A DNA stretch of 64,000 nt, from positions 327,269 through 391,268 of the forward strand of contig DASPLQ010000012.1 in NCBI GenBank assembly GCA_035627515.1, read 5' to 3'. Positions within the stretch are counted from its first letter, which is position 1, and the number at the start of each line of letters is the position of its first letter. This document shows, piece by piece, positions 46,515 through 56,320 of the stretch. A program made the translations under genes and the position numbers. The stretch is from Vitreimonas sp. (lineage in GTDB: Bacteria > Patescibacteriota > Microgenomatia > UBA1400 > PJMF01). Below the pieces are notes generated by a model that did no database searches, was not told where the DNA came from, and saw nothing but the letters and a program-made list of their open reading frames with translations.

Positions 46515-47270
46515 ATGCACACTTCTCGGCATACAAAAAAGAAACATCCAACTAAAGTTTCTTCTCATAGGAGCACGCTTCGTATGTCTACATCCACCTC
46601 ATCTCGAGGCTTAATTTCTTTTCAACAAGTCCGCTTAGTAGTGCTGATACTCATTTTGGTACTATTGCTTGGCTTATGCGCCTTTTTATGGAAGATGTAC
46701 ACTACTCCCGCTCAAGTACGAATGTTACGCGGCAATGACCTCGCTCATTCAAATCCTACTGAAACCCAACCTACCATTGATAGTTTTATTAAGCAGCCTG
46801 AAGGTTCGCAACCTGCTCCCGGTGAGTTAAACAGCTTATTGGCTGCCCCCTCTGCCGCACCTACCACTACTAATCCTCCTTCACCTACAACTGCGGCACC
46901 TTCTGCAAAACCTATTGTTACTCCCTTAGCTAAAGGCCCCCAAACGTACTTTGTGCGCAGTGGCAACACGGTTGGTCCCCAAATTCTGCAAGTTGATATT
47001 AGTGAGTTTGACCCTGCTCCCAATACCATGCAGAGTTTTACCGTCAAATTACGTAACCTCAGTCCCCAACCTATCACTAAAGTCTCGATTGAATTAAGTA
47101 CTGATAATGGCACTAAAACATACCCTCTATCGCTTAGTGAAGGTAGCGCTGAAGCTGGTATCTGGAAAGGCAGCTGGTCCACGACTGATACACATAATCG
47201 TATTTATACAGCTAAAGTGGTGGCAGCGGATGGCAATAATAGCGGAAGTGTTGTCTTGACATTCAGATAA
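46515..47270 (+). CDS. Single-TM protein with Pro/Thr linker and C-terminal beta domain
   Basis: Basic N-terminus, LVVLILILVLLLGLCAFLW TM, PT-rich linker, G.WKGSW Ig-like end. Confidence 0.7.
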   Translation: MHTSRHTKKKHPTKVSSHRSTLRMSTSTSSRGLISFQQVRLVVLILILVLLLGLCAFLWKMYTTPAQVRMLRGNDLAHSNPTETQPTIDSFIKQPEGSQPAPGELNSLLAAPSAAPTTTNPPSPTTAAPSAKPIVTPLAKGPQTYFVRSGNTVGPQILQVDISEFDPAPNTMQSFTVKLRNLSPQPITKVSIELSTDNGTKTYPLSLSEGSAEAGIWKGSWSTTDTHNRIYTAKVVAADGNNSGSVVLTFR

Positions 47271-47300
47271 AAAACAGCCATCCTTATAGGAGCTTCACTC

Positions 47301-48320
47301 ATGAAAATTACCTCATTCACCAAAATTTTAAGCTCTAGTCTTATATTATTCAGTTTGTTACTCATTCTTCCCACTTCTGTCCAGGCTGTGGCTTGTGAAC
47401 CACAGCAACGTGGCAACACCACGTTTAATTCGAGCTGTGCTTTTGATGGCGAAGTCCATGGTGTGTATGAAGGTGATTTAATCTTATCTGAAGGTGCCAC
47501 ATTGACTATTAATGCTGGCCAAACGATTTACTGGGGAGCCACCAATAAAATTGATTTGACCCCGGGTGGAGCAATTGCTATTAACGCCACTGGCCAAATG
47601 AAACAAGGCGATTTACAAGAATTCAATATGGCTCGCTTTGGTTTCGATACCTATGGCGCAGCCTTGCCCGTACGCATTTTTGAAAATAACATGTTCGTTT
47701 GTACAGGTACTTCTTGTCAAGCTACCGCCCCTAGCGCCGCTGGTAACTTGATTGTGGAAGGTGTCATCAAAATGACCGGTGGCACTCCTGGTGCCGGTAA
47801 AGTCTTAACCTCCGATGCCAATGGCGTCGCTAGTTGGCAAACCGTTTCAGGAATTCCTTCTGGTTTAATTGCAGCTTTCGCCTCAGCCTGCCCTTCTGGC
47901 TGGACAGAGTACACTGCCGCTCGAGGTCGCTATGTGGTCGGTGTCGTTAATGGCGGAACTGTAGAAGCCACGGTAGGAACTGCTTTTACCACCAACCAAG
48001 AAAGCCGACCCGTGGGTCAACATAATCATTCAATTGACCCTCCTAATACAGTTACAGATAACCAAGGCTCACATGCTCATAACGTTTATACTCGTAAAGA
48101 AGAAGACAACGGCACCTGGGGTTTTGATTGGGCACAAGGTGGCTATGATTACTACACTTGCTGCCGCTTTGGCCGACCTGGTGTATTCTTCGGCACTACT
48201 GATTCCCAAGGCTTACATGGTCATAACTTAAATATTGCTGCCTTTAACAGTGCGGATTCTGGTGCTGTAGCTGGCACCAATGCTCCCTATATCCAACTTC
48301 GTTACTGTAAAAAAGATTAG
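47301..48320 (+). CDS. Secreted phage tail-fibre/collar-like protein
   Basis: Signal peptide (AVA), GAGKVLTSDANGVASW, IPSGLIAAFASACPSGW...GRYVVG (collar-like), three HxH motifs, PYIQLRYCKK end. Confidence 0.75.
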   Translation: MKITSFTKILSSSLILFSLLLILPTSVQAVACEPQQRGNTTFNSSCAFDGEVHGVYEGDLILSEGATLTINAGQTIYWGATNKIDLTPGGAIAINATGQMKQGDLQEFNMARFGFDTYGAALPVRIFENNMFVCTGTSCQATAPSAAGNLIVEGVIKMTGGTPGAGKVLTSDANGVASWQTVSGIPSGLIAAFASACPSGWTEYTAARGRYVVGVVNGGTVEATVGTAFTTNQESRPVGQHNHSIDPPNTVTDNQGSHAHNVYTRKEEDNGTWGFDWAQGGYDYYTCCRFGRPGVFFGTTDSQGLHGHNLNIAAFNSADSGAVAGTNAPYIQLRYCKKD

Positions 48321-48331
48321 TTAGGCTGGTT

Positions 48332-48958
48332 GTGAAAACTCTATTTTCATCGCAAGGTTTAATGGTGACTGCAGTCTGCTTAGTTGTTATCTTGGTAGGC
48401 AGCGCTTTTATTCTCGGCAGAGATTCAAGACAAAGCGTTTCGTCAGTGGTTGACCCACTTTCCCTTACCCAACAGTTATCACGCCACATTGTGCTTCCAG
48501 CCGAACTACCGGAAGTGATTAAAATTGACGATCCACGAGCTTACATGAATGAAAATGCCACTTTTTTTGGAGAAGCTAAAGTAGGAGAGGTATGGTTCAA
48601 ATATCCCGAAATGGACATTTTATTTGACCCAGAGCGCGATAAAATCACCAAAATTGCTCTCAGTTCACGGTCTCGCCCACCACTCAAAATCGCCCTGCGC
48701 TATAACGAAAATGAAAAGAACCGTGTAGATGAGTTTGCAACTCAATTAAGCTCTGTATCAAGTTTGTATAGCATTGTGGAATCAGCCCCAGAAAAAACTC
48801 GCTATGATGGTGATTATGTGATTGTGAATAATCAAAATCGCTTAGAAGAAATTAAAATCTTGGGAGCGGTGTTACAAAGCCCCGTCCTTCCCACCAAACC
48901 ACCTATGGTCGCCTCCACCAGCGCGGATGTGATTCTGACGTTTGGCACTCCTCAGTAA
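48332..48958 (+). CDS. Membrane-anchored hypothetical protein, possible LytR C-terminal-like domain
   Basis: GTG start, N-terminal TM, LPAELP...FFGEAKVGE, ends SADVILTFG. Confidence 0.55.
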   Translation: MKTLFSSQGLMVTAVCLVVILVGSAFILGRDSRQSVSSVVDPLSLTQQLSRHIVLPAELPEVIKIDDPRAYMNENATFFGEAKVGEVWFKYPEMDILFDPERDKITKIALSSRSRPPLKIALRYNENEKNRVDEFATQLSSVSSLYSIVESAPEKTRYDGDYVIVNNQNRLEEIKILGAVLQSPVLPTKPPMVASTSADVILTFGTPQ

Positions 48959-48965
48959 CCATTCA

Positions 48966-49595
48966 CTAAAGTGAGCTCAAGTAAACTTGCTGCAAGATAG
49001 TGCTCCATTCTTGATTTTGGGCTAACACTCGAGTAGTAAGCTTTTGCTGAATCGGATCGTTACCGGTATTCAAAAAGACATACAAGGCAATTTCTTTGTT
49101 GGCAAGTTCACCATTGTTGAGCATATCCACTATCACAGCTTGACCTACACTTGAAGTTAAATCCATCTGAGCGGTGACGGTATAACCATTCCCCACTTTC
49201 TCTACCTGGGCATCTCCCATCGAAAAAAGCCAAGGAGTCTCTAGCTCAGTGGTGCCAGTTTTTTGAGGAAAACCCAAACCTACTTTCGGCTCTACAAATA
49301 ATCGTCTTTGAGGTTCATCGCTGGTTACACTCAGCATCACAGAATATTTATATTTATTATTTGTACCTGGAAGTAACTCTAAGTTCTCATCTACGACCTC
49401 GATGTGAGGCAGACTCACCGGAGTAGGAGCCAAAAATGACAGCCAACCGGTTTTCGGCAAAGCCGCAATCACTAAGCCTACTCCCCCAATAACTGCTATC
49501 CCAGCTACTATGCCCAAGCTCCAAATCACCTTTTTGTACTGACTCAAAAAAGTAGGTGAAGTAGTAGCGGTATCAGTGGGTTGCTCGGGTGGCAT
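48966..49595 (-). CDS. Single-TM hypothetical protein downstream of the pilins
   Basis: N-terminal TM; Shine-Dalgarno AAGGAGG upstream; co-oriented with the pilin genes. Confidence 0.65.
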   Translation of the reverse strand: MPPEQPTDTATTSPTFLSQYKKVIWSLGIVAGIAVIGGVGLVIAALPKTGWLSFLAPTPVSLPHIEVVDENLELLPGTNNKYKYSVMLSVTSDEPQRRLFVEPKVGLGFPQKTGTTELETPWLFSMGDAQVEKVGNGYTVTAQMDLTSSVGQAVIVDMLNNGELANKEIALYVFLNTGNDPIQQKLTTRVLAQNQEWSTILQQVYLSSL

Positions 49596-49607
49596 AGCTT
49601 CCTCCTT

Positions 49608-50135
49608 CTAATCCTCACACATAAAATAATCTAACGAACTCGGCGTCCCAGTGTATTGGCCGTACCCATGGCCACTTGGTACGCATCGTTGTTGGCTCTT
49701 GATAATATCCTCATCAGAAGCATTTTCTAGTTGTGTCCGTAATAAAAATTTATTACCGACATAGGGATTTTCCGTGTAATACGAAAACGTGCCTGTGGTG
49801 GGTAATTCTTTCATATAAACAGTTGGGCCACTGCCAGCACTAAAAGTAATGGCACAATTGCCACTCGGTGTACAAGTACATTGAGTGACCCCCAAGAGGC
49901 CACAGCCTACAATAGCGGTATTTGCACCGGCTGAAGCTGGATACTTCTGATAATCGTTGTAGTACAAGCGCAAAGCGGTTTTTAAGTTGCGCAGATCACT
50001 CTTTTTCTTCGCGTCAGCGGCGCGGCTGCGGACTCCCACAAAGTTGGGCAGCAGCATGGCAGCCAACACCCCAATTACCGAGATGACAACCAATAACTCG
50101 ATTAAAGTAAACCCTCGCCGTGACCATGTTTTCAT
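49608..50135 (-). CDS. Type IV pilin / GspG-like pseudopilin
   Basis: Class III signal RRG|FTLIELLVVISVIGVL; DAKKKSDL...ALRLYYND; Cys-rich variable domain. Confidence 0.9.
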   Translation of the reverse strand: MKTWSRRGFTLIELLVVISVIGVLAAMLLPNFVGVRSRAADAKKKSDLRNLKTALRLYYNDYQKYPASAGANTAIVGCGLLGVTQCTCTPSGNCAITFSAGSGPTVYMKELPTTGTFSYYTENPYVGNKFLLRTQLENASDEDIIKSQQRCVPSGHGYGQYTGTPSSLDYFMCED

Positions 50136-50144
50136 TACTACTCC

Positions 50145-50708
50145 TTACAAACTCGTATTGGTGCTAGTGACTACGTAGTTGCACTCATAAGCGCCACAGT
50201 CGTAACCACTATCCTCCGCGTTAATATCGGTATCCAGATCGTTTTCTAAATATGCATAGAGATGAAAGATTTTGCGTGAGCCATCAGTATAATAATAATA
50301 GGTGTACGTCGACCGAGGATCTTCAGGCAGCTTCACCATATAAATGGTTCTAGCTGTCACTCCGGTTACGGTTTCTTCGAAGGCCTCTCCCCACTCGCAT
50401 ACCGTTTTGCCAGTGTCATTGGTAGATTTGGTACCACAACCATAAATTTTGCCTGAATCGGAACCATCATCGGGATATTTACTTTTGTCGTTATAGTACA
50501 CCTCGAGAGCACTGGCTATATTTTTCAAATCTGACTTGCGGCGAGCATCACGGCTTTTTTGCTGGGTAGAACGATAACTCCCTACCCCAATAGTGGACAG
50601 CACCCCAATAATCACCATCACAATCATGATTTCCATCAAGGTAAAACCTGCTTGCGCGACGCGATGCCGATAAGTATGAGAGCTGTGAGAGGGGAAAATA
50701 CTAAGCAT
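50145..50708 (-). CDS. Type IV pilin / GspG-like pseudopilin
   Basis: AG|FTLMEIMIVMVIIGVL; SRDARRKSDL...ALEVYYND; LPEDP. Confidence 0.9.
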   Translation of the reverse strand: MLSIFPSHSSHTYRHRVAQAGFTLMEIMIVMVIIGVLSTIGVGSYRSTQQKSRDARRKSDLKNIASALEVYYNDKSKYPDDGSDSGKIYGCGTKSTNDTGKTVCEWGEAFEETVTGVTARTIYMVKLPEDPRSTYTYYYYTDGSRKIFHLYAYLENDLDTDINAEDSGYDCGAYECNYVVTSTNTSL

Positions 50709-50713
50709 AATTA

Positions 50714-51412
50714 TTATTCGTCACACCTAAATTCTGAGTAAATACACATATTCTGACAGTTACTTTCGGAAAAGCTTTGGGGACAGCCTTTATCAGCCGC
50801 GTTTTGAGGGTCTCCATAGTTATTGCAGGCTCCAGAAGTACCAGGTGCACACGCCCAGACACCGTTATATTCGCCATTAGGTTGGGTGGGAGCGGCACTA
50901 GCCGGCGGTGTATAAGAACCATCATTGGGTACTGGTATCCCTGCCGAGATACCGTAATTCAAACCCTCTCCATAGCCACACCCTTCTGGTCCACTACATC
51001 CCACCGCACTAATAGAGTGATCATTGCCATCTTCTAAAATAGCCAAAACCCGATAACTCTTCTTGCAGACTGACTCATCCACTTGAATGTACCGATACGG
51101 ATCTTTAGTCAATGGATCACAAGGAATTGAAGCTAAGTAAGGAGCAAAATCAGCGCTATTGCAGTTATCAAGACTGTTTTCCTCTGGATAACAGCGATTG
51201 TCGTTGTAGTAATCCTCAAACGCAACTCGAATTCTCTCCAGATCAGCTTTGCGGCGAGCATCTCGAGCACGCGCGAGTTGTAACTGCAGAGCCAAAAATA
51301 ACACCACAGCCAATACCCCAATAATAGCAGCTACTATCAGCAACTCGATCATGGTGATACCAGAGCTGGATTGACGACGAGGTCGGATGAGGCTCAACAG
51401 TCGAGTGATCAT
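50714..51412 (-). CDS. Type IV pilin / GspG-like pseudopilin with Cys-rich C-terminal extension
   Basis: SG|ITMIELLIVAAIIGVL; ARDARRKADL...FEDYYND; IPCDP. Start moved to ATG 51412, 7 nt after TGGTATAGT. Confidence 0.85.
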   Translation of the reverse strand: MITRLLSLIRPRRQSSSGITMIELLIVAAIIGVLAVVLFLALQLQLARARDARRKADLERIRVAFEDYYNDNRCYPEENSLDNCNSADFAPYLASIPCDPLTKDPYRYIQVDESVCKKSYRVLAILEDGNDHSISAVGCSGPEGCGYGEGLNYGISAGIPVPNDGSYTPPASAAPTQPNGEYNGVWACAPGTSGACNNYGDPQNAADKGCPQSFSESNCQNMCIYSEFRCDE

Positions 51413-51537
51413 AACTACTACTATACCAACTTTTTGACCTGCAAGGCAATCAATAACCTGTTGCGCCGATGGTATGTACAACAGAGACCTAGTGAGTCAC
51501 CCTTCCCAAACCTCTCAAAATTTGTTTCAATAGAGGT

Positions 51538-53682
51538 ATGTCCCATTTCGAAGATACTCACTCCTCTGTTTCTGTACTGCCCGCAGGGGTAACCGCTTTC
51601 GCGGAAAAGGCTCTCTTGAGTCTCGGTGTGTTGACGCTCCTCTTAGTCATCCCTTTCTTCGTTAACTTCATGATTACAACTAAAGTTTTAGTCCTGTTAG
51701 TCGGAGCAATTGTGCTGATGGCGTTATTTGTGTTTTCGAGCATTTCTTCTCGGAGCTTACGTTTACCTACTCATCCATTCTTGCTGCCTTTGTTGCTGTT
51801 CGGGATTAGTTCGATTATTTCCAGTTTAACTACCAATAGTTACCCCATTGAAAATTTATTAGGTTTCGGTGGCGTATACATTAGTTTTGTCGTGATTGCC
51901 TTTTGTGGTGGTTTAGTTCTGACTCCCCGCAGTAGTACTACTTTAGTGAATTACCTCAGTGTTGGTTTGATCATTCTGGCTGTCAGCACCATGTTACAGT
52001 TCGTTGGTTTTGGGCCCTCTCGCCTCCTCAATTTAATATCCACCAATAGTACTCCTGACGTTAATATCTTTAACCTCAGTGGCTCAGTCTTTATTGCTGC
52101 CCAAGTGTTTGGCTTAGGTGTACTGATGCTCGGCTATGAAGCCCTTCGTCACCGCAAACTCAATAGTCTTGAAGTAGCAGCCTTAGTAATGAGTGCGATT
52201 GGTCTGGCACTGAGTGTTTATCTATCTTTACCAGGTCAAGACGGAGCACCTTTAATTTTACCGCTCAGTATCAGTTGGTCGATGGCACTCGATGCCTTAC
52301 ATAACTTGCGCACCGCTATCGTCGGCGTCGGCCCTGAGCAATATATCTCGGTTTACTCTCAGTTCCGACCTCTGTGGACGAATGATCAAACCTGGTGGAA
52401 TGTTTTGTTCTCACAAGGCAGTAACTTACCACTGACATTGATGGTCACTCACGGTTTGGTGGGCTTGGCAGCGTGGGGTTTCTTAGCCGTACGGATGGTG
52501 TTACAAGCTCGAACTCGGGCAGGAGTCATTACACCAGTCATGACCTTGAGTTTAGGTATCTTAGTATTGCAGCTCATCTTCCCTAATAACATTGTCTTGA
52601 TCACCCTCCAAGCTTTAGGGCTGGCCGCGTGGATCGCTAGTGAGAAAGCTGAGTACCCAGAAGTTGATTTGCGCTTACTCCATATCATTAAAAGACCTCA
52701 CCGCGAAGAAACAGCTGGGAATCCTTCACAGCTCAGTGGCTTAATCGCGATCGTGGTAGCAGTCCTTATTGGTGGCAGTGGTTTGTACTTTGTCGGTCGC
52801 GCCTATGCTGCTTCTGTCGCCTTTTATCGTGCTTCAGTTGCTCTTCAGAATAACGACGGCGCCGAAGGCTACCGCCTCCAACAGCAAGCTGTTAACCTCA
52901 ATCCTTACATTAGTAGTTACCGCAACAGTTATGCGCTGACTAACTTAGCCATTGCTGCTGCTCTCTCTAATAAAGCTGACTTAACCGCAGAAGAGCGCTC
53001 TCAAGTCGCTCAGCTCCTCCAACAAGCCGTGAGAGAAGGCCGAGCTGCTACCGTTTTACGCCCTGATCTGAGTAATAACTGGCAGGTCTTAGGCCAAATC
53101 TATCGCAACTTAATTGGCTCAGCTGAAGGTGCCGAAGACTGGACTATCACCTCCTACTCCACCGCCGCTCAGACAGCTCCTACTGATCCGCAAATCCGGG
53201 TGGAACTAGGATTAATTATGTTCCAACTCCAACGCTACCAAGAAGCAGGCTTGCTGTTCCAACAAGCAGCCGAACTAAAACCCGACTTAGCTAGTGCTTA
53301 CTACAACTTAGCTCGGGTTTACAAAGAACTGAAACAATGGGAATTAGCCCAAGCCGCCTACCAACAAACCCTGACACTAATCGAGCCCAATACTGATGCC
53401 TATACCGTGACAACTGCTGAGTTGGAAGAAGTAGAAAAAGAAGTGGCTAAGCTGCCACCAGCTCAAGGCCAAGGTTCACAACAAGGCAGCAGTACTGGTC
53501 AAAATCGCCAGCCAAGTAGCTCACCTACTCCGTCCGCAGCACCCGCTGCCAGTCCCGCTGCTGATTTACCACCCATTACCCAACAAAACCTGACTAACTC
53601 AGATGCCGACGTGGTTAATCAACCCGGTGAACAACCATTAACTGTCCAACCACCGAGCTCGCTACCCCAAACCGATCTCTAA
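51538..53682 (+). CDS. O-antigen-ligase/Wzy_C-like polytopic membrane protein with TPR repeats
   Basis: About 12 TM helices, GVGPEQY...FSQGSN...GLVGL loop, TPRs (AYYNLARVY), low-complexity tail. Confidence 0.7.
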   Translation: MSHFEDTHSSVSVLPAGVTAFAEKALLSLGVLTLLLVIPFFVNFMITTKVLVLLVGAIVLMALFVFSSISSRSLRLPTHPFLLPLLLFGISSIISSLTTNSYPIENLLGFGGVYISFVVIAFCGGLVLTPRSSTTLVNYLSVGLIILAVSTMLQFVGFGPSRLLNLISTNSTPDVNIFNLSGSVFIAAQVFGLGVLMLGYEALRHRKLNSLEVAALVMSAIGLALSVYLSLPGQDGAPLILPLSISWSMALDALHNLRTAIVGVGPEQYISVYSQFRPLWTNDQTWWNVLFSQGSNLPLTLMVTHGLVGLAAWGFLAVRMVLQARTRAGVITPVMTLSLGILVLQLIFPNNIVLITLQALGLAAWIASEKAEYPEVDLRLLHIIKRPHREETAGNPSQLSGLIAIVVAVLIGGSGLYFVGRAYAASVAFYRASVALQNNDGAEGYRLQQQAVNLNPYISSYRNSYALTNLAIAAALSNKADLTAEERSQVAQLLQQAVREGRAATVLRPDLSNNWQVLGQIYRNLIGSAEGAEDWTITSYSTAAQTAPTDPQIRVELGLIMFQLQRYQEAGLLFQQAAELKPDLASAYYNLARVYKELKQWELAQAAYQQTLTLIEPNTDAYTVTTAELEEVEKEVAKLPPAQGQGSQQGSSTGQNRQPSSSPTPSAAPAASPAADLPPITQQNLTNSDADVVNQPGEQPLTVQPPSSLPQTDL

Positions 53683-53854
53683 ACTCACTTCGGTCTTACG
53701 TTCTCACACTATCACTCATTACCACCGCGGGTCTTTGGTTGCTGTTTTTCCAAACGCACATCATTGCCCATGGTAATAGAGGAAATGCTATAAAAAGCAT
53801 CAATTTATATAAAATGTTAGACAATGTAAGCAAAAATAAGCTTTAAAGATCAAA

Positions 53855-55120
53855 CTATGCTTTATTAATAATAAAGGCTATTTTTTGTCTCAATTTTTCA
53901 AGACCTTGTTGAGTAGCAGCGCTTAAAAAGAGCAATTGGTCTGGAGAGCTGGGCCATAATTGTCTAATAGCTGTTTCCAGCTCTGGCGTCAATAAATCTG
54001 CTTTATTAATCACCATCACTGCTTCTTTTTCTAGTAACGCCGGTGAGTACGTTTCTAGCTCATGTTGCAAACTCTCCAATTGAGAGAGGAGCTGTTGGGC
54101 TTTGTCTTGATCACTCAGTTCGGTATTAAAGATAGTCACTTCATCGAGAGCCAAGAGATATACCAACACCCGACAGGCCTCGACGTGGCGCAAGAACTGT
54201 AATCCCAGTCCTTTTCCTTGACTGGCCCCTTCAATTAATCCGGGGATGTCAGCCATCACGGCATCGAGGTCTTTCATCACGCCTAAGTGAGGTTCCAAGG
54301 TCGTAAAAGGGTAATTAGCGATTTTGGGTTGTGCGTTAGTCATTCGCGAGAGAAGCGTGCTTTTACCGGCATTAGGAAAGCCCACCAGGCCCACATCGGC
54401 TAATAGTCTCAGCTCAAAAATGACATGCTTAATCTCACCAAACGTGCCGTACTCAGCTAACAACGGCGTGGTTCGCTCTGAGCCTTTGAACGCTTCATTC
54501 CCTCGCCCACCAAAGCCGCCCTGAGCAATAATAACTTCTTGGCCATCCTGAGTAATATCAATCAGCTTCAATTTAGGTACCTCACGGATATCAAAATCAC
54601 TGGCTTCAGGTTTCAGTGCTGACAAAGACTCTGCCTCGAACTCCTCCAGGCTTTCTTCTCTGTCTTGGCCACGCGGATCACGAATGGGCTCAGCCTCATC
54701 ACTTTCTCGCTCGGGAATTCGTTGGCCCTCTTGCTCCAAGTAATATTGTTCAAACTCGACGTCACCTTTACCCAACGTTTGATCCAAACCCACCCGGCGA
54801 TGTCGCCGACGACTAATCCTGTTCTCTTCGACCAGCCAAATAGTGGTGCCAACTGGCACCTCAATCACTACACTCTCACCTTTGGCGCCAAAGCGACGCT
54901 GCTTCCCACCGGCCTGGCCGGGTGGAGCCACAATTTCTTTGATACCAGCTAAGTGTTTGAGGGTACTGAGAGCCGAACTCCCACGGATGATAATACTGCC
55001 GCCATCCCCACCTTTGCCACCATCGGGGCCACCTTTGGGTACAAATTTTTCGCGCCGAAACGAGACGCGGCCATGTCCACCATCGCCGGCTTTAAGAAGT
55101 AAGGAAACAAGATCGATCAT
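53855..55120 (-). CDS. obgE: GTPase ObgE/CgtA
   Basis: AGDGGHG...FRREKFVPKGGPDGG, ADVGLVGFPNAGKSTLL, YPFTTL, DIPGLIEGA, NKAD. Confidence 0.96.
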   Translation of the reverse strand: MIDLVSLLLKAGDGGHGRVSFRREKFVPKGGPDGGKGGDGGSIIIRGSSALSTLKHLAGIKEIVAPPGQAGGKQRRFGAKGESVVIEVPVGTTIWLVEENRISRRRHRRVGLDQTLGKGDVEFEQYYLEQEGQRIPERESDEAEPIRDPRGQDREESLEEFEAESLSALKPEASDFDIREVPKLKLIDITQDGQEVIIAQGGFGGRGNEAFKGSERTTPLLAEYGTFGEIKHVIFELRLLADVGLVGFPNAGKSTLLSRMTNAQPKIANYPFTTLEPHLGVMKDLDAVMADIPGLIEGASQGKGLGLQFLRHVEACRVLVYLLALDEVTIFNTELSDQDKAQQLLSQLESLQHELETYSPALLEKEAVMVINKADLLTPELETAIRQLWPSSPDQLLFLSAATQQGLEKLRQKIAFIINKA

Positions 55121-55122
55121 AT

Positions 55123-55162
55123 AAGTAACTAAGTCTTTAAGTAATTAAGTAATTGAGTCCCT
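55123..55162. repeat. Degenerate octamer tandem repeat directly upstream of the obgE start
   Basis: AAGTAACT AAGTCTTT AAGTAATT AAGTAATT GAGTCCCT. Confidence 0.65.
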
Positions 55163-55187
55163 GAATGTGACTCATAAATTAAGCACT

Positions 55188-56315
55188 CTACCTCAAGAAG
55201 TTCCCTGGATTCAATAAATTACCACCCTGGCGAACTTCAAAGTGTAAGTGTGTACCCGTCGACCGACCGGTGCTACCCATTTGGCCGAGCAGATCACCAC
55301 GGTTGACGCGTTGCCCACTCTGCACTTGGACCACGCTCATGTGAGCATAGAGTGTAACATAGCCATTGCCATGGTCTACCATCACTCGGTTACCATAGCC
55401 ACTGTTATCAATCCACCCAGCTACGACCACAGTGCCACTGTCGGCGGCCAAGATAGGACCGCCACCTTTGTTAGCGATATCAAATGCTTTGTGGTAAAAC
55501 TGGTAACCCTGCGTAATCCGACCCGCAGCTGGCCAGACAAACGACCCCGTCGCCGCCACTGAGCCAGCATCTGGCGTAAAGCGTGTCGCCACCCGCGAGA
55601 CTGGTCGGGCCACAGGATCATCAGGTTTCACACCTTCAGGCACCACCAAAAATTGGCCGGTGGCTAACTCAAAGGTTTCATCATTAGAAAACTCGTTGAA
55701 TGGATAGTCGACAATGCTCTGCAACTCGGCTTCATCTTCTAAGCCGTATTTTTTACCAATCGATTGGATGGTTTCACCGCGCTGCACTTTGTGACGGACA
55801 CCGTTGACGGGTAAAATTCGCAACTCTTGTCCAGGCTTTAGTTTAGGATTTTTGTCTAAGTTGTTTTCCCACTGGATGGTAGAGATATCGAGGCCATAAC
55901 GCTCAGCAATTGAACTCAAGGTCTCCCCTTCTTGGACCACATGGGTGACGATTTCTCCGCCGCGGTATTGGCGAACTTGCTCAGCTTGGACGGTTTGAAA
56001 GTTTTCGCCATAGGCATTGGCCGTCAACACACCACCTTTGATTTCAGCTTGGGTGTTCTCTTCAGCCTGTCGCAAAATAAAGGGGCCAAAGGTAATCACA
56101 AAAAAGACTAAGCCAATGGTGCCAAAGTGGAGAAAAGGCCGGGTGTACTTCCCGCGCTGTTTGTACAGCAAATCAACTAAGGCGTCCTTGAGGATTTCAA
56201 AGCGAGAAAACCAGCGATACCCTCGAGTCCGAATATAGCGCCGCACAAAAACACCAAACTGTCCAAAATCGGAGACCACAGCCGGAGTTTTGATTTCAAA
56301 TTGAATGCGCGGCAT
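55188..56315 (-). CDS. LysM-domain M23 family peptidoglycan endopeptidase
   Basis: TM, two LysM domains (HVVQEGETLSSIA, HKVQRGETIQSIG), HKAFD, YAHM, STGTHLHFEV. Confidence 0.92.
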   Translation of the reverse strand: MPRIQFEIKTPAVVSDFGQFGVFVRRYIRTRGYRWFSRFEILKDALVDLLYKQRGKYTRPFLHFGTIGLVFFVITFGPFILRQAEENTQAEIKGGVLTANAYGENFQTVQAEQVRQYRGGEIVTHVVQEGETLSSIAERYGLDISTIQWENNLDKNPKLKPGQELRILPVNGVRHKVQRGETIQSIGKKYGLEDEAELQSIVDYPFNEFSNDETFELATGQFLVVPEGVKPDDPVARPVSRVATRFTPDAGSVAATGSFVWPAAGRITQGYQFYHKAFDIANKGGGPILAADSGTVVVAGWIDNSGYGNRVMVDHGNGYVTLYAHMSVVQVQSGQRVNRGDLLGQMGSTGRSTGTHLHFEVRQGGNLLNPGNFLR

Positions 56316-56320
56316 GAGTT

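Noticed and set aside
20771-47914. Numerous short antisense and alternate-frame ORFs within the giant genes, including 35243..35452
   Set aside because: Shadows of biased Thr/Gly/Ser codon usage, with no recognisable motifs.
53650-53682. LPQTD as a sortase signal
   Set aside because: Not followed by a TM helix and basic tail, and the protein is already polytopic.
54570-54830. Intein in ObgE
   Set aside because: No C/S start, no HN end and no splicing motifs.
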